Source: Zoogloeaceae bacterium (GTDB taxonomy: Bacteria; Pseudomonadota; Gammaproteobacteria; Burkholderiales; Rhodocyclaceae). From it: DNA of 64,000 nt. Below are positions 20,898 to 29,910 of the stretch, in pieces. The notes beneath the pieces are model-generated. The model had not been told where the DNA came from and made no database searches. It saw only the letters and a list, made by a program, of their open reading frames with translations. Every line of letters starts with the position of its first letter. Position 1 is the stretch's first letter. The stretch is from the NCBI GenBank assembly GCA_024235635.1, contig JACKMA010000009.1:38347-102346 (forward strand). Direction: 5' to 3'. Position numbers and translations under genes: made by a program.

Positions 20898-21120
20898 AGT
20901 AGTCGTCCGGGCGCTTCAGCCACATGCCGAGCAGCTTGGAACCGAACACCAGGATCACGCAGCCGATGAATCCGAACCAGGCGTTGAAGGCCGGCAAGGC
21001 GTCGATGCCGAAGTGCGGGTGGGATTCGACGAAGAATTCGGCGAGGACGGTCAGCACCAGGATCGCGATGAAGGCAATCCAGAGCTTGCGGATGTTCTCC
21101 GGGCGTACCAGCCAATGCAT
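20884..21120 (-). CDS. Small 2-TM membrane protein within the mnh operon
   Basis: 78 aa MHWLVRPENIRKLW...KRPDDYYDKQ; SD GGAG; tightly packed between two MnhD-like genes. Confidence 0.75.
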   Translation of the reverse strand: MHWLVRPENIRKLWIAFIAILVLTVLAEFFVESHPHFGIDALPAFNAWFGFIGCVILVFGSKLLGMWLKRPDDYYDKQ

Positions 21121-21122
21121 GG

Positions 21123-22616
21123 TCAGTCTCCTCCGGCCACCGCGCGCGCGAGCTTCAGCACCGGTTCGTGATAGATGAACAGGATGATCGTCAGCGACGC
21201 GGTCACGGTCTGCGCGAGCACCATCGGCCACGGCGCTTCGCCGTGGTCGTCGTGATGGTCGTGGCCGTGCGCGTCGCCGTGGTGGTCCGACGCAGGCGGC
21301 TCGCGGAAGAAGGCACGCCAGACGATGGGCAGGAAGTAGCCGGCATTGAGCAGCGTACTGACCACCAGCACAGCCACCGCGGTCCAGTGCTCGGCGCTCA
21401 TCGCCGCCGACAGGATGTACCACTTGGAAATGAATCCGGCCGCCGGCGGCAGGCCGATCATCGACAATGCACCGACGCCGAACGCAAGCATCGTCCATGG
21501 CATCTTGCGGCCGATGCCGTCGAGTTGGCTGACCTCGGTCTTGTGGGCGGCCGTGTAGATCGACCCGGCGGCAAAGAACAGGGTGATCTTGCCGACTGCG
21601 TGGACGGCGATATGCATCGCCGCGCCGACGATCGAGATCGGTGCGAGCAGGGTCGCCGCCAGCGTCACGTAGGAGAGCTGGCTCACCGTCGAATAGGCCA
21701 GCCGCCGCTTCAGGTTGTCGGCCCGCAATGCGACGATCGATGCGGCGACGATGGTGTATCCGGCGATCATCGGCACCCAGTCGGCGCTGCCCAGTGACAT
21801 CAGGTTTTCAGTGCCGAAGACATAGACGACCACCTTGACGACACTGAACACGCCTGCCTTGACCACGGCCACCGCGTGCAGCAAGGCCGACACCGGCGTC
21901 GGCGCCACCATTGCCGCCGGCAGCCAGCGGTGGAACGGCATCAGCGCCGCCTTGCCGATGCCGAACATGTAGAGCGCCATCAGCACCGCGGTGCCGGTGG
22001 CCCCGACCTGCCCGGCCAGGATGCCGCCCTCGCGGAAATCCAGCGTGCCGGCCAGCACCCAGGTGGCCAGCATGCCGGTCAGCAGAAACACGATCGAGGT
22101 GCCCATCAGCACGCCGAGATAGATTCTCGCGGACTTCTTCGCGTGATCGGTGCCGTGGTGGGTGACCAACGGGTAGGTGATCAGCGTCATCGCTTCGTAG
22201 AACAGGAACAGCGTCAGCATGTTGCCGGCGAAGGCGATGCCCTGGGCGGCGAAGATGGCGCCGGCGAAGCAGACGAAGAAGCGGGTCTGATTACCCTCCT
22301 GATTGCCGCGCATGTAGCCGATCGAATAGATCGAACTGATGATCCACAGGCCCGACGCGATCAGCCCGAAAAGCATGCCGAGCGGCTCCGCGGTCAGCTG
22401 CAGCGAGACCTCCGGCAGCATCGGCAGCAGGACCAGTTCCGGGCGCGCACCGTCGGCGACCGCACCGTACAGTCCGAGCACCTGGGCAAACAGCACGACC
22501 GCCGTTGACAGCGTGATGCCTTCTCGCAGATTCGGCCAGCGGCCGCTCAGCGATACCAGGACCAAACCGACCAGCGGCGTGGCGAGGATGCCGGCGAGTG
22601 CCATCGAGCCGCTCAT
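21123..22616 (-). CDS. mnhD: Mrp/Mnh subunit D-like (second copy)
   Basis: NLREG, FYEAMT, WLPAAMVAPTPVSALLHAVAVVKAG, LAYSTVSQLSY; His-rich C-terminal loop. Confidence 0.88.
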   Translation of the reverse strand: MSGSMALAGILATPLVGLVLVSLSGRWPNLREGITLSTAVVLFAQVLGLYGAVADGARPELVLLPMLPEVSLQLTAEPLGMLFGLIASGLWIISSIYSIGYMRGNQEGNQTRFFVCFAGAIFAAQGIAFAGNMLTLFLFYEAMTLITYPLVTHHGTDHAKKSARIYLGVLMGTSIVFLLTGMLATWVLAGTLDFREGGILAGQVGATGTAVLMALYMFGIGKAALMPFHRWLPAAMVAPTPVSALLHAVAVVKAGVFSVVKVVVYVFGTENLMSLGSADWVPMIAGYTIVAASIVALRADNLKRRLAYSTVSQLSYVTLAATLLAPISIVGAAMHIAVHAVGKITLFFAAGSIYTAAHKTEVSQLDGIGRKMPWTMLAFGVGALSMIGLPPAAGFISKWYILSAAMSAEHWTAVAVLVVSTLLNAGYFLPIVWRAFFREPPASDHHGDAHGHDHHDDHGEAPWPMVLAQTVTASLTIILFIYHEPVLKLARAVAGGD

Positions 22617-24094
22617 TTCCACCCCCCGGCGAGGGCCTCGGCGGCCGCGCGGGCCATGTTGCCACTCCACGAGGCGTCGAGACCGAACCAGACGCAGGCG
22701 ACGATCATTGCGAGCGCCGGCAGCAACAGCGACAGCGGCGCCTCGCCCGCCGGCGGATGCCCCGCCGGCGGCTCACGGAAATACGCCACTTCGACGAAAC
22801 GCCAGACGTAGATCACCGCCAGCAGGGAACTCAGCATCACCGCGCCGGCCAGCCACCACTGCCCCTCCGCCATCGCCGCGGTCACCAGGTACCACTTGCT
22901 GACGAAACCGGCGGTTCCCGGGATGCCGATCAATGACAAGCCACCGATGACGAAGGCGAACGAAGCGATCGGCATCGTGCGGCCGAGCCCGGCCATGCGA
23001 TCGAGGGCGGACCCGCCGAGCCGAAACACGACGCCGCCGAGCACCAGGAACATGCCACCCTTGGTCAACGCGTGATTGAACAGGTGCGCGACCGCGGCGG
23101 TCAGGCCGCCGACCGAGTGCAGGCTGATGCCGAGCGTGATGTAGCCGATCTGCGAGACGCTGGAATAGGCCAGCAGCCGCTTGACGTCGGTCTGGAATAT
23201 CGCGACGACTGCCGGTATGAACATCGCGGCCAGCGACAGCGCGAGCAGGATCACGCCGGTGTAGCGCGCATCGAAGACGACGGTCTCGCCGAAGATCGTG
23301 AAGAAGTAGCGCATCAACACGTAGATCGACACCTTGGTGGCGGTCGCCGCAAGGAAGGCCGACACCGCGGACGGCGAGTAGGCGTAGGCGTTGGGCAACC
23401 ACAGGTGCAGCGGGAACAGCGCGATCTTCAGCGAGATGCCGACGGTGATGAAGGCCAGCGCTGCCAGCGTCGCCCGCGGATCGCCCATCGCCGGCAGCCG
23501 CACCGCCAGGTCCGCAAGATTCAGTGTGCCGGTCTGCAGATACAGCAGGCCGATGCCGATCACGTACAGGGTGGCGCCGATGGTGCCCATCAGCAGGTAC
23601 TGGTAGGACGCCACCAGCGCCCGGCGGTCGCGACCCATCGCGATCAGCACGTAGGTCGCCAGCGACGAGATCTCGAGGAACACGAACAGATTGAAGGCGT
23701 CGCCGGTCAGCAGGATGCCGAGCAGGCCCGACAGGCACAGCATCATCATCGCGTAGAAGAGATAATGCTCCTCCGCACGGACTTCCGAACTGACGCCACG
23801 GCGGCAGTAGGGCATCACGAACACGCCGATCAGCGACACGATGAAGGCAACGAAGGCGTTGGCGGCGTCGACCCGGTATTCGATACCGAGCGGCGGCGGC
23901 CAATTGCCGATGGCGTAAGAGATCACGCCTTCCGAGACGGCGCGTGCGAGCAGCGGCAACGCGATCGCCAGCGTCGCGATGCTCGCCAGCGTCGCCACCA
24001 GCCAGCTCGGGAACGAGCGTCGCAGCAATACGATAATCGGCGCCGCAAGCAGCGGCACCACCACCAGCAGGATGGGAAGATGTTGGCTCAGCAA
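22613..24094 (-). CDS. mnhD: Mrp/Mnh subunit D
   Basis: GNWPPPLGIE, TGDAFNLFVFLEI, PLHLWLPNAY, KRLLAYSSVSQIG. Confidence 0.92.
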   Translation of the reverse strand: MLSQHLPILLVVVPLLAAPIIVLLRRSFPSWLVATLASIATLAIALPLLARAVSEGVISYAIGNWPPPLGIEYRVDAANAFVAFIVSLIGVFVMPYCRRGVSSEVRAEEHYLFYAMMMLCLSGLLGILLTGDAFNLFVFLEISSLATYVLIAMGRDRRALVASYQYLLMGTIGATLYVIGIGLLYLQTGTLNLADLAVRLPAMGDPRATLAALAFITVGISLKIALFPLHLWLPNAYAYSPSAVSAFLAATATKVSIYVLMRYFFTIFGETVVFDARYTGVILLALSLAAMFIPAVVAIFQTDVKRLLAYSSVSQIGYITLGISLHSVGGLTAAVAHLFNHALTKGGMFLVLGGVVFRLGGSALDRMAGLGRTMPIASFAFVIGGLSLIGIPGTAGFVSKWYLVTAAMAEGQWWLAGAVMLSSLLAVIYVWRFVEVAYFREPPAGHPPAGEAPLSLLLPALAMIVACVWFGLDASWSGNMARAAAEALAGGWK

Positions 24095-24098
24095 GGTC

Positions 24099-24476
24099 TC
24101 AGCTACGATCTCTGGATTTCAGTTCATCGTCTGCATCGAGCCCGAGGATTTCCTCCTCCTCGATACTGCCGTAGGCTTCCTTGATCCGAACCACCAGGGC
24201 AAGGCCGAGCGCAAGGGTGGCGACACCGACGACGATCGCCGTCAGGATCAGCACGTGCGGCAACGGGTTCGAATAGACTTCGAAGCCTTCGCCGACGATC
24301 GGTGCGACGCCGCCGATCAGCTTTCCGGGCGAGATGTAGAGCAGATAGACGGCGGTCTGGAAAAGTCCCAAACCGATCAGTTTCTTGATCAGATTGCTTC
24401 GGGCGATGACGATGAACAGGCCCACCATCAGCAGCAGAATCGTGACGAAGTAGGCGTAATGGCCGGCGAAGGTCAC
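24099..24476 (-). CDS. mnhC: Mrp/Mnh subunit C
   Basis: NLIKKLIGL, NPLPHVLILTAIVVG. Confidence 0.92.
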   Translation of the reverse strand: MTFAGHYAYFVTILLLMVGLFIVIARSNLIKKLIGLGLFQTAVYLLYISPGKLIGGVAPIVGEGFEVYSNPLPHVLILTAIVVGVATLALGLALVVRIKEAYGSIEEEEILGLDADDELKSRDRS

Positions 24477-24910
24477 GACCCCTCCCCGCCCGCGTCGCGA
24501 CGACGGCCCGCGAACACGTAAAAGATCTTCAGCATCACTGCCGAGACCGTAATCGCGACACCGGCCTCGACCCAGAAGATGCCACGGTGCTGGCCATGGA
24601 CCGGGTCGTGGTCCAGCACGAAATAATCCAGGTAGTTGCCGCCGAGCAGCAAGCCGGCAATGCCGACGCCAGCGTACACCAGCACTCCGATCGCGATCAT
24701 CGCTTCGACCAGAACGTCGGGCACCACTTCCCGAGCGCTCGGCAGCCCGTAGATCAGCCCGTAGAAGATCACCGCGGCAGCGATGATGACACCGGCCTGG
24801 AAGCCACCACCCGGTCCGAAATCACCGTGAAACTGGACGTACGAGGCAAACATCACCGCGAACGGGATCAGCAGCTTGGCGAGTACGCGGAGGATCACGT
24901 CGAGCCTCAC
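24473..24910 (-). CDS. mnhB: Mrp/Mnh subunit B
   Basis: HGDFGPGGGFQAG motif; GTG 24910 overlaps upstream stop (C-terminal part of ORF 24473..25522). Confidence 0.9.
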   Translation of the reverse strand: MRLDVILRVLAKLLIPFAVMFASYVQFHGDFGPGGGFQAGVIIAAAVIFYGLIYGLPSAREVVPDVLVEAMIAIGVLVYAGVGIAGLLLGGNYLDYFVLDHDPVHGQHRGIFWVEAGVAITVSAVMLKIFYVFAGRRRDAGGEGS

Positions 24911-25455
24911 TTGCCCCCCTCCCGACCGTCGTCCCGGTCGTCGAACTTCTGCCTGGGCCGCCGCCGCCGCAGCAGTGCGATGACACCGATGCCGGCGGTG
25001 AACACCACTGTTGTCTCGCCCAGCGTGTCGAAGCCGCGATAGCTCGCGAGTACCGCAGTGACGACATTCGGCACGCCGGTCTTGACCGGCCCTTCGTTGA
25101 GGTAGCTCGGCGCGACGTGTTGATGGATCGGCGCCTGCGGGTCCGAGAAGGCGGGCAGCCCGAGGGTGCCATAGACCAGCATGCCACCGGTCACGACGAC
25201 GACGAACAACGGCAGCCACGGCTTGTGGATCGGCTTCGACTCCGTGCCACCGGTGAGATGAATCGCGCCGAGCAGCAGCACCGTCGAAATTCCTGCACCG
25301 ACGGCGGCCTCGGTCATCGCGACGTCGACGGCGTCGAGCACGACCAGCAGCGTGGCCATCAGAAAACTGTAAATGCCCGAAAGCAGCACGACGCCGAACA
25401 GGTTGCGTTGCCGCGCAATCCCGATCGCGGCAGCCCCCATCAGGCTCAGCAGCAC
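24907..25455 (-). CDS. MnhB-related / DUF4040 subunit (split MrpA C-terminal part)
   Basis: AVDVAMTEAAVGAG, NVVTAVLASYRGFDTLGE; true start may lie 8 codons upstream. Confidence 0.88.
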   Translation of the reverse strand: MLLSLMGAAAIGIARQRNLFGVVLLSGIYSFLMATLLVVLDAVDVAMTEAAVGAGISTVLLLGAIHLTGGTESKPIHKPWLPLFVVVVTGGMLVYGTLGLPAFSDPQAPIHQHVAPSYLNEGPVKTGVPNVVTAVLASYRGFDTLGETTVVFTAGIGVIALLRRRRPRQKFDDRDDGREGGK

Positions 25456-25463
25456 GACGGCGG

Positions 25464-25796
25464 TCAGCGTGGTGAGGATGACGGTTCTCCTTCGTCGTCG
25501 GCCAGCAGAGGTTCGGCGCCACGCGCCAGGGCTGCGTTCGCCAGCGCGTGCGACGCGGTCGGCGACGTGAAGAAGATCAGCAGCCCGAGAATGATCAGCT
25601 TGAGCGAGGCCAGCGTGAAACCGGACTGCAGGATCAGGCCGACGATGATCAGTCCGGCACCGAGTGTGTCGATCACGCTGGCCGCGTGCATGCGAGTGAA
25701 GAAATCCGGCATTCGCAGCATGCCGACCGCGCCGATCACGCAGAAGACGCCGCCGGCGCTCACCAGGAGCCAGGTCAGGATGTCGAGCACGATCAC
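25464..25796 (-). CDS. mnhG: Mrp/Mnh subunit G
   Basis: GMLRMPDFFTRMHAAS, SPTASHALA. Confidence 0.93.
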   Translation of the reverse strand: MIVLDILTWLLVSAGGVFCVIGAVGMLRMPDFFTRMHAASVIDTLGAGLIIVGLILQSGFTLASLKLIILGLLIFFTSPTASHALANAALARGAEPLLADDEGEPSSSPR

Positions 25797-26080
25797 CGGC
25801 GTTCGCCCTCCGTACCTCCGGGTTCCCCCAGATCGCCGTAGCGGAAGAACTTCTGCAGGGCGATCGTGCCGATCACGTTGAGGAAGCCGTAGACCAGCGC
25901 TAGATCGACGAATTCGGGGCGGCCCGAGATGAACTGGAATATCGCCAGCAACATCATCGTCGCGGTGCCGACGGCGTTGCCTGCCAGCGCGCGATCGAAG
26001 ACCGTGGGTCCCTGAAACGCCCGCACCAGTGCGAGCGCCAGCGTCACCAGCAGTGCCAGCACGACCGCGACGTAGATCAT
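25793..26080 (-). CDS. mnhF: Mrp/Mnh subunit F
   Basis: RAFQGPTVFDRALA, DLALVY. Confidence 0.92.
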   Translation of the reverse strand: MIYVAVVLALLVTLALALVRAFQGPTVFDRALAGNAVGTATMMLLAIFQFISGRPEFVDLALVYGFLNVIGTIALQKFFRYGDLGEPGGTEGERR

Positions 26081-26559
26081 GACAGACCCTCGAAGGCGGT
26101 CACGCGGCGGTCCATGTCACCATCGGCAACGCCTTGCGCACCTTCCCTGGTCAGCGCATGGACGAGGATCTCGTCGCCCGAGATCGCCACCGAGATCGTT
26201 CCCGGCGTCAGGGTGATCGAGTTCGCGTAGGTGACCTGTCCCACCGGCGTCTTCTGCGTGGTCTTGACGCGCACCATGGTCGGGCTGATCGGCAACGCCG
26301 GACTGACGATGATGCGGCTGACATCCCAGGCAGACTTGACGATCTCCTTCAGCAGCCAGGGCCAATACGTGAACGCGTTCTTGCCGAGGTGGATCGGATG
26401 GCCTTCGTGGTCCATCACGTCCATGCGGTGCGCGAACCACAGCACCGCGCCGGCGGAGACCAGACCCATCGTCAATAGGAACGGCGTGAAGTAACCGGAC
26501 ATCACGACCCAGAACAGGAACAGGGTCGCGATCACGCTGATGGACCGGTATGGGCTCAT
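26077..26559 (-). CDS. mnhE: Mrp/Mnh subunit E (first gene of operon)
   Basis: YANSITLTPGT, ILVHAL. Confidence 0.93.
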   Translation of the reverse strand: MSPYRSISVIATLFLFWVVMSGYFTPFLLTMGLVSAGAVLWFAHRMDVMDHEGHPIHLGKNAFTYWPWLLKEIVKSAWDVSRIIVSPALPISPTMVRVKTTQKTPVGQVTYANSITLTPGTISVAISGDEILVHALTREGAQGVADGDMDRRVTAFEGLS

Positions 26560-26642
26560 GTTTTCGTTGTAGTTGCTGGCTTGCCAGTATCACGCGCTTC
26601 GGCAGGTCGTTGGCCGCTGCCGCAAGCTCCCTCGGGTGCGTC

Positions 26643-26671
26643 ACTATAGCCGCGTGACGGGCTTCGAACAA
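26643..26671 (-). promoter_or_regulatory. Putative sigma70 promoter of the mnh operon
   Basis: Minus strand TTGTTC-N17-TATAGT about 80 nt upstream of mnhE. Confidence 0.5.
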
Positions 26672-26760
26672 CGCCGAATCGCCCCGGCAGCGCGCAGCGG
26701 ACCCCGATTGCGGGTGACACCGGACGGCCATGACGGGCGCTCCCCGTTTGGCGGCATGGG

Positions 26761-26777
26761 ATTTCACTGTGCGAAAT
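26761..26777. promoter_or_regulatory. Candidate IclR operator
   Basis: ATTTC-ACTGTGC-GAAAT inverted repeat 40 nt upstream of the iclR start. Confidence 0.5.
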
Positions 26778-26817
26778 GCGCGTCCTCGGGTACCATGCGG
26801 CGGACGAGATTCCGTTC

Positions 26818-27594
26818 ATGAATGCGCCCGAACAAAAGAACTCCATCCAGGTCATCGACCGCATGATGCGCCTGCTCGACGTGCTCTCCGAGCACGCCGA
26901 TCCGGTGCCGCTGAAGCATCTTGCACTCGAAACCGGACTGCACCCCTCCACGGCCCATCGCATCCTTGCGGCGATGTCGAACAGCGGCTTCGTCGAGCGC
27001 GCCGAAAACGGCACCTATCGGCTTGGCATCCGCCTGCTGGAACTCGGCGCGCTGGTCAAGTCACGCATCTCGCTGCGCGAAACCGCGATGCAGGCGATGT
27101 TGCAACTGCACCAGACGACCGGCGAGAGCATCAACCTGGGCATTCGCGACGGCGACGAGATCGTCTATGTCGAGCGCACCTCGAGCGGCCGGTCGGCAGT
27201 CCGCGTCGTGCACATCGTCGGCGCGCGGGCGCCGCTGCACGTCACCGCCACCGGCAAGCTGTTCCTGGCCGAAGACGGACCCCAACTGGTCAGGGAGTAC
27301 GCTCGGCGCACGGGGCTGCCGCGGCTCACGCCGACGTCGATCGTCACACTCGATGCACTCGAGAAGGAATTGGACAAGGTTCGTCGTCACGCCGTGGCGT
27401 ACGACCTCGACGAGGTCGAGAACGGCGTGCGCTGCATTGCTGCCGGCATCCGCGACGACAAGGGCAAGCTGGTTGCAGGACTGTCGCTGTCGACGCCGTC
27501 GGAACGTTTCAATCCAGATCTGGCGCGGGTGATCCGCGAGACCGCAGGTCAGATCTCGCGTTCGCTAGGCTACGTGTCGGCCGTGCACGACTGA
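26818..27594 (+). CDS. IclR family transcriptional regulator
   Basis: SIQVIDR...GLHPSTAHRIL HTH; GARAPLHVTATGK; GVRCIAA. Confidence 0.93.
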   Translation: MNAPEQKNSIQVIDRMMRLLDVLSEHADPVPLKHLALETGLHPSTAHRILAAMSNSGFVERAENGTYRLGIRLLELGALVKSRISLRETAMQAMLQLHQTTGESINLGIRDGDEIVYVERTSSGRSAVRVVHIVGARAPLHVTATGKLFLAEDGPQLVREYARRTGLPRLTPTSIVTLDALEKELDKVRRHAVAYDLDEVENGVRCIAAGIRDDKGKLVAGLSLSTPSERFNPDLARVIRETAGQISRSLGYVSAVHD

Positions 27595-27625
27595 GTAAGG
27601 CGCGGCGGCCGATCACCGCGGCCCG

Positions 27626-28540
27626 TCACCCGGACGACTCCTGTCCGAGCGCGGCGCGCAACTCGACCGCGCCCGATTCGAGCCACTGCTTGATCCGGCG
27701 TGCATCGGCGGTTCGGGTATAGCGTCCGATCGAATCGAGCAGCACGAAGATCATCGGCCGGCCCTGCATCCACGCCTGCATCACCAGGCAACGGCCGGCC
27801 TCGCGAATGTAGCCGGTCTTCGACAGGCTGATCCGCCAGTCCGGATTTCGCACCAAACCGTTGGTATTGCCGAAGCGGCGGAACTTGTGGCCGACCTTGA
27901 CCTCGTGCGCTTCGGTCGTCGAGAACTCACGGATCAGCGGATAGCGGGCGGCCTTGGCCACCAGCCGGACCAGATCGCGTGCGCTGGAGACGTTGTCGGC
28001 GTGGAGCCCGGTACTATCGACGAAGCGGGTGTCCTGCAGTCCCATCTGGCGGGCCTTGGCGTTCATTGCCTTGACGAAAGCATTGATGCCGCCGGGGTAT
28101 AGCCGGGCCAGCGCGGAAGCCGCCCGATTCTCCGACGACATCAGTGCCAGCCGCAGCATCTCTTCGCGACTGAGTCGCGTGCCGACCGGAAGCCGTGACC
28201 GACTTCCGCGCAGGCGATCGATGTCGGCATTGGTCACCGTGAGCGCTTCGGCGAGACTCTGGCTGCCGTCCAGCACCACCATCGCGGTCATCAGCTTGGT
28301 GATCGACGCGATCGGCACGACGTCGTCCGCATTGCGCTCGAGCAGCAACTCGCCCGATGCCTGATCGGCGAGCACGAAGGCTGCCGACTTCAGTTCCGGC
28401 GGATGCTGTGCGTCGATCGACCAAAGCCCCTTTTCGAGTCGCAGACCTACGCCCGGCGATGCGGCGTCGTCCGCCACTGCCGGCATCGATGCCAGCGCGG
28501 ATGTCAGCATCAGGGCCTTGATCCATTGGGGAAATCGCAT
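27626..28540 (-). CDS. pbpG: D-alanyl-D-alanine endopeptidase (PBP7, peptidase S11)
   Basis: Signal peptide; SITK (SxxK), SEN (SxN), KTG. Confidence 0.9.
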   Translation of the reverse strand: MRFPQWIKALMLTSALASMPAVADDAASPGVGLRLEKGLWSIDAQHPPELKSAAFVLADQASGELLLERNADDVVPIASITKLMTAMVVLDGSQSLAEALTVTNADIDRLRGSRSRLPVGTRLSREEMLRLALMSSENRAASALARLYPGGINAFVKAMNAKARQMGLQDTRFVDSTGLHADNVSSARDLVRLVAKAARYPLIREFSTTEAHEVKVGHKFRRFGNTNGLVRNPDWRISLSKTGYIREAGRCLVMQAWMQGRPMIFVLLDSIGRYTRTADARRIKQWLESGAVELRAALGQESSG

Positions 28541-28686
28541 TACCTGCCTCCGAGCAGATGTTGTCAGCATGCAGCCATCGGCGGCCACCATGCCATTGAC
28601 GGCACATTGTGGCGAAAAATTAGGCCATTACACAAAACAGTTAATGTCGCGCCTGCAATCAGCCAGCCAACTGTGGGTTGGAAGCT

Positions 28687-29823
28687 TCAGCCGTCGCAGC
28701 GCAGGAAGCGGGCCACCTCGCGACGGCGCTCCATCGCGTCGCGGTAGCCGAGTTCCATCAAGGCACGGGTGTAACCCGATTCGAACAGCAGATAGGACAG
28801 GATCATCGAGCCGTTGCGCCGCGTCGCACCGACTCCGTGAAGCACCGCCCGCAGCACACGCGGCAGGGTCTGCCGGTAGCGCGCCGCGATCGATTCGAGC
28901 TTCCGCGACGGTGCGATCACCAGCGTCTCGATCGGCTTCAGGGCGATGCCCAAGGCCTCGCGCTTGTCCACGCTGATGCCGCCGACGGTGTCGTTGATCC
29001 GTTGCAGGCGCTCGAGGTCCACCTCGAGGCTGTCGAGGAAGATGCTCGACAGCGCGTGGCCGGCGATTTGCGCCGGAGACGGATAACGATCGGTACGCTG
29101 CCGCGGCTCGAGGCCGATCCGCCCGGCGCCGACGACCAAAATACGGTCCGCGCCGAGATGGATCGCCGGGCTGACCGGTGCCAGCTGGCGCATCGAACCG
29201 TCACCGAAGAACTCCCGGTGGATCTTGATTGCCGGGAACACGAACGGAATTGCACTCGACGCCAGCAGGTGCTCGACGGTGATCGGTGAACGAACGCCGA
29301 CGCGCTGCGTGCGCCGCCAACCCTCGACGCCGGTGCTAGCCTGGAAGAAGCTGAGGCTCTCGCCGGTGGCGTAGCCCGACGCGGTGACGCAGAGCGCATG
29401 CAGGTGTCCGCGGTCGATGTTGCGCTGGATGGCGTCGAAATCCAGTGCATTGATCAGCAACTCGCGCAGCGGCTGATTGTCGAGCAACGACGCCGGGCTC
29501 TGCCGGATCATCCAGCCCAGCAGCAGGGCCGATCCCCACCGTAGGCCGGAGGCCAGAATCGACAGTCCATCCGATCGATAGACCTGGCCGACCGTAAAGT
29601 TGCGCCAGATCCAGGCGAGCCGACGAACCGCGGCGTCGAAGTTGTCGCTGAACACCCCCAGTGCCGCAGCATTGACCGCACCGGCCGAGGTGCCGCACAG
29701 GATCGGGAACGGGTTGCCGTTGCCGCGACCGCGAATTTCACGGATCGCGGTCAGCACGCCGACCTGATAGGCCGCGCGCGCACCGCCACCGGTCAGCACC
29801 AGGGCCGCTTTTCCGTCCGCCAA
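28687..29823 (-). CDS. Patatin-like phospholipase
   Basis: GGGARA oxyanion, GTSAG nucleophile, ASSAIP, DGS. Confidence 0.92.
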   Translation of the reverse strand: MADGKAALVLTGGGARAAYQVGVLTAIREIRGRGNGNPFPILCGTSAGAVNAAALGVFSDNFDAAVRRLAWIWRNFTVGQVYRSDGLSILASGLRWGSALLLGWMIRQSPASLLDNQPLRELLINALDFDAIQRNIDRGHLHALCVTASGYATGESLSFFQASTGVEGWRRTQRVGVRSPITVEHLLASSAIPFVFPAIKIHREFFGDGSMRQLAPVSPAIHLGADRILVVGAGRIGLEPRQRTDRYPSPAQIAGHALSSIFLDSLEVDLERLQRINDTVGGISVDKREALGIALKPIETLVIAPSRKLESIAARYRQTLPRVLRAVLHGVGATRRNGSMILSYLLFESGYTRALMELGYRDAMERRREVARFLRCDG

Positions 29824-29910
29824 TGTTCCCTCCCGACGATCAGCGGCAAGCTTACCGGGCGGCGGCCGATCGCGCAGCTGTCTTGTCGTCGCCAGCCGCC
29901 GCGAGCGAAG

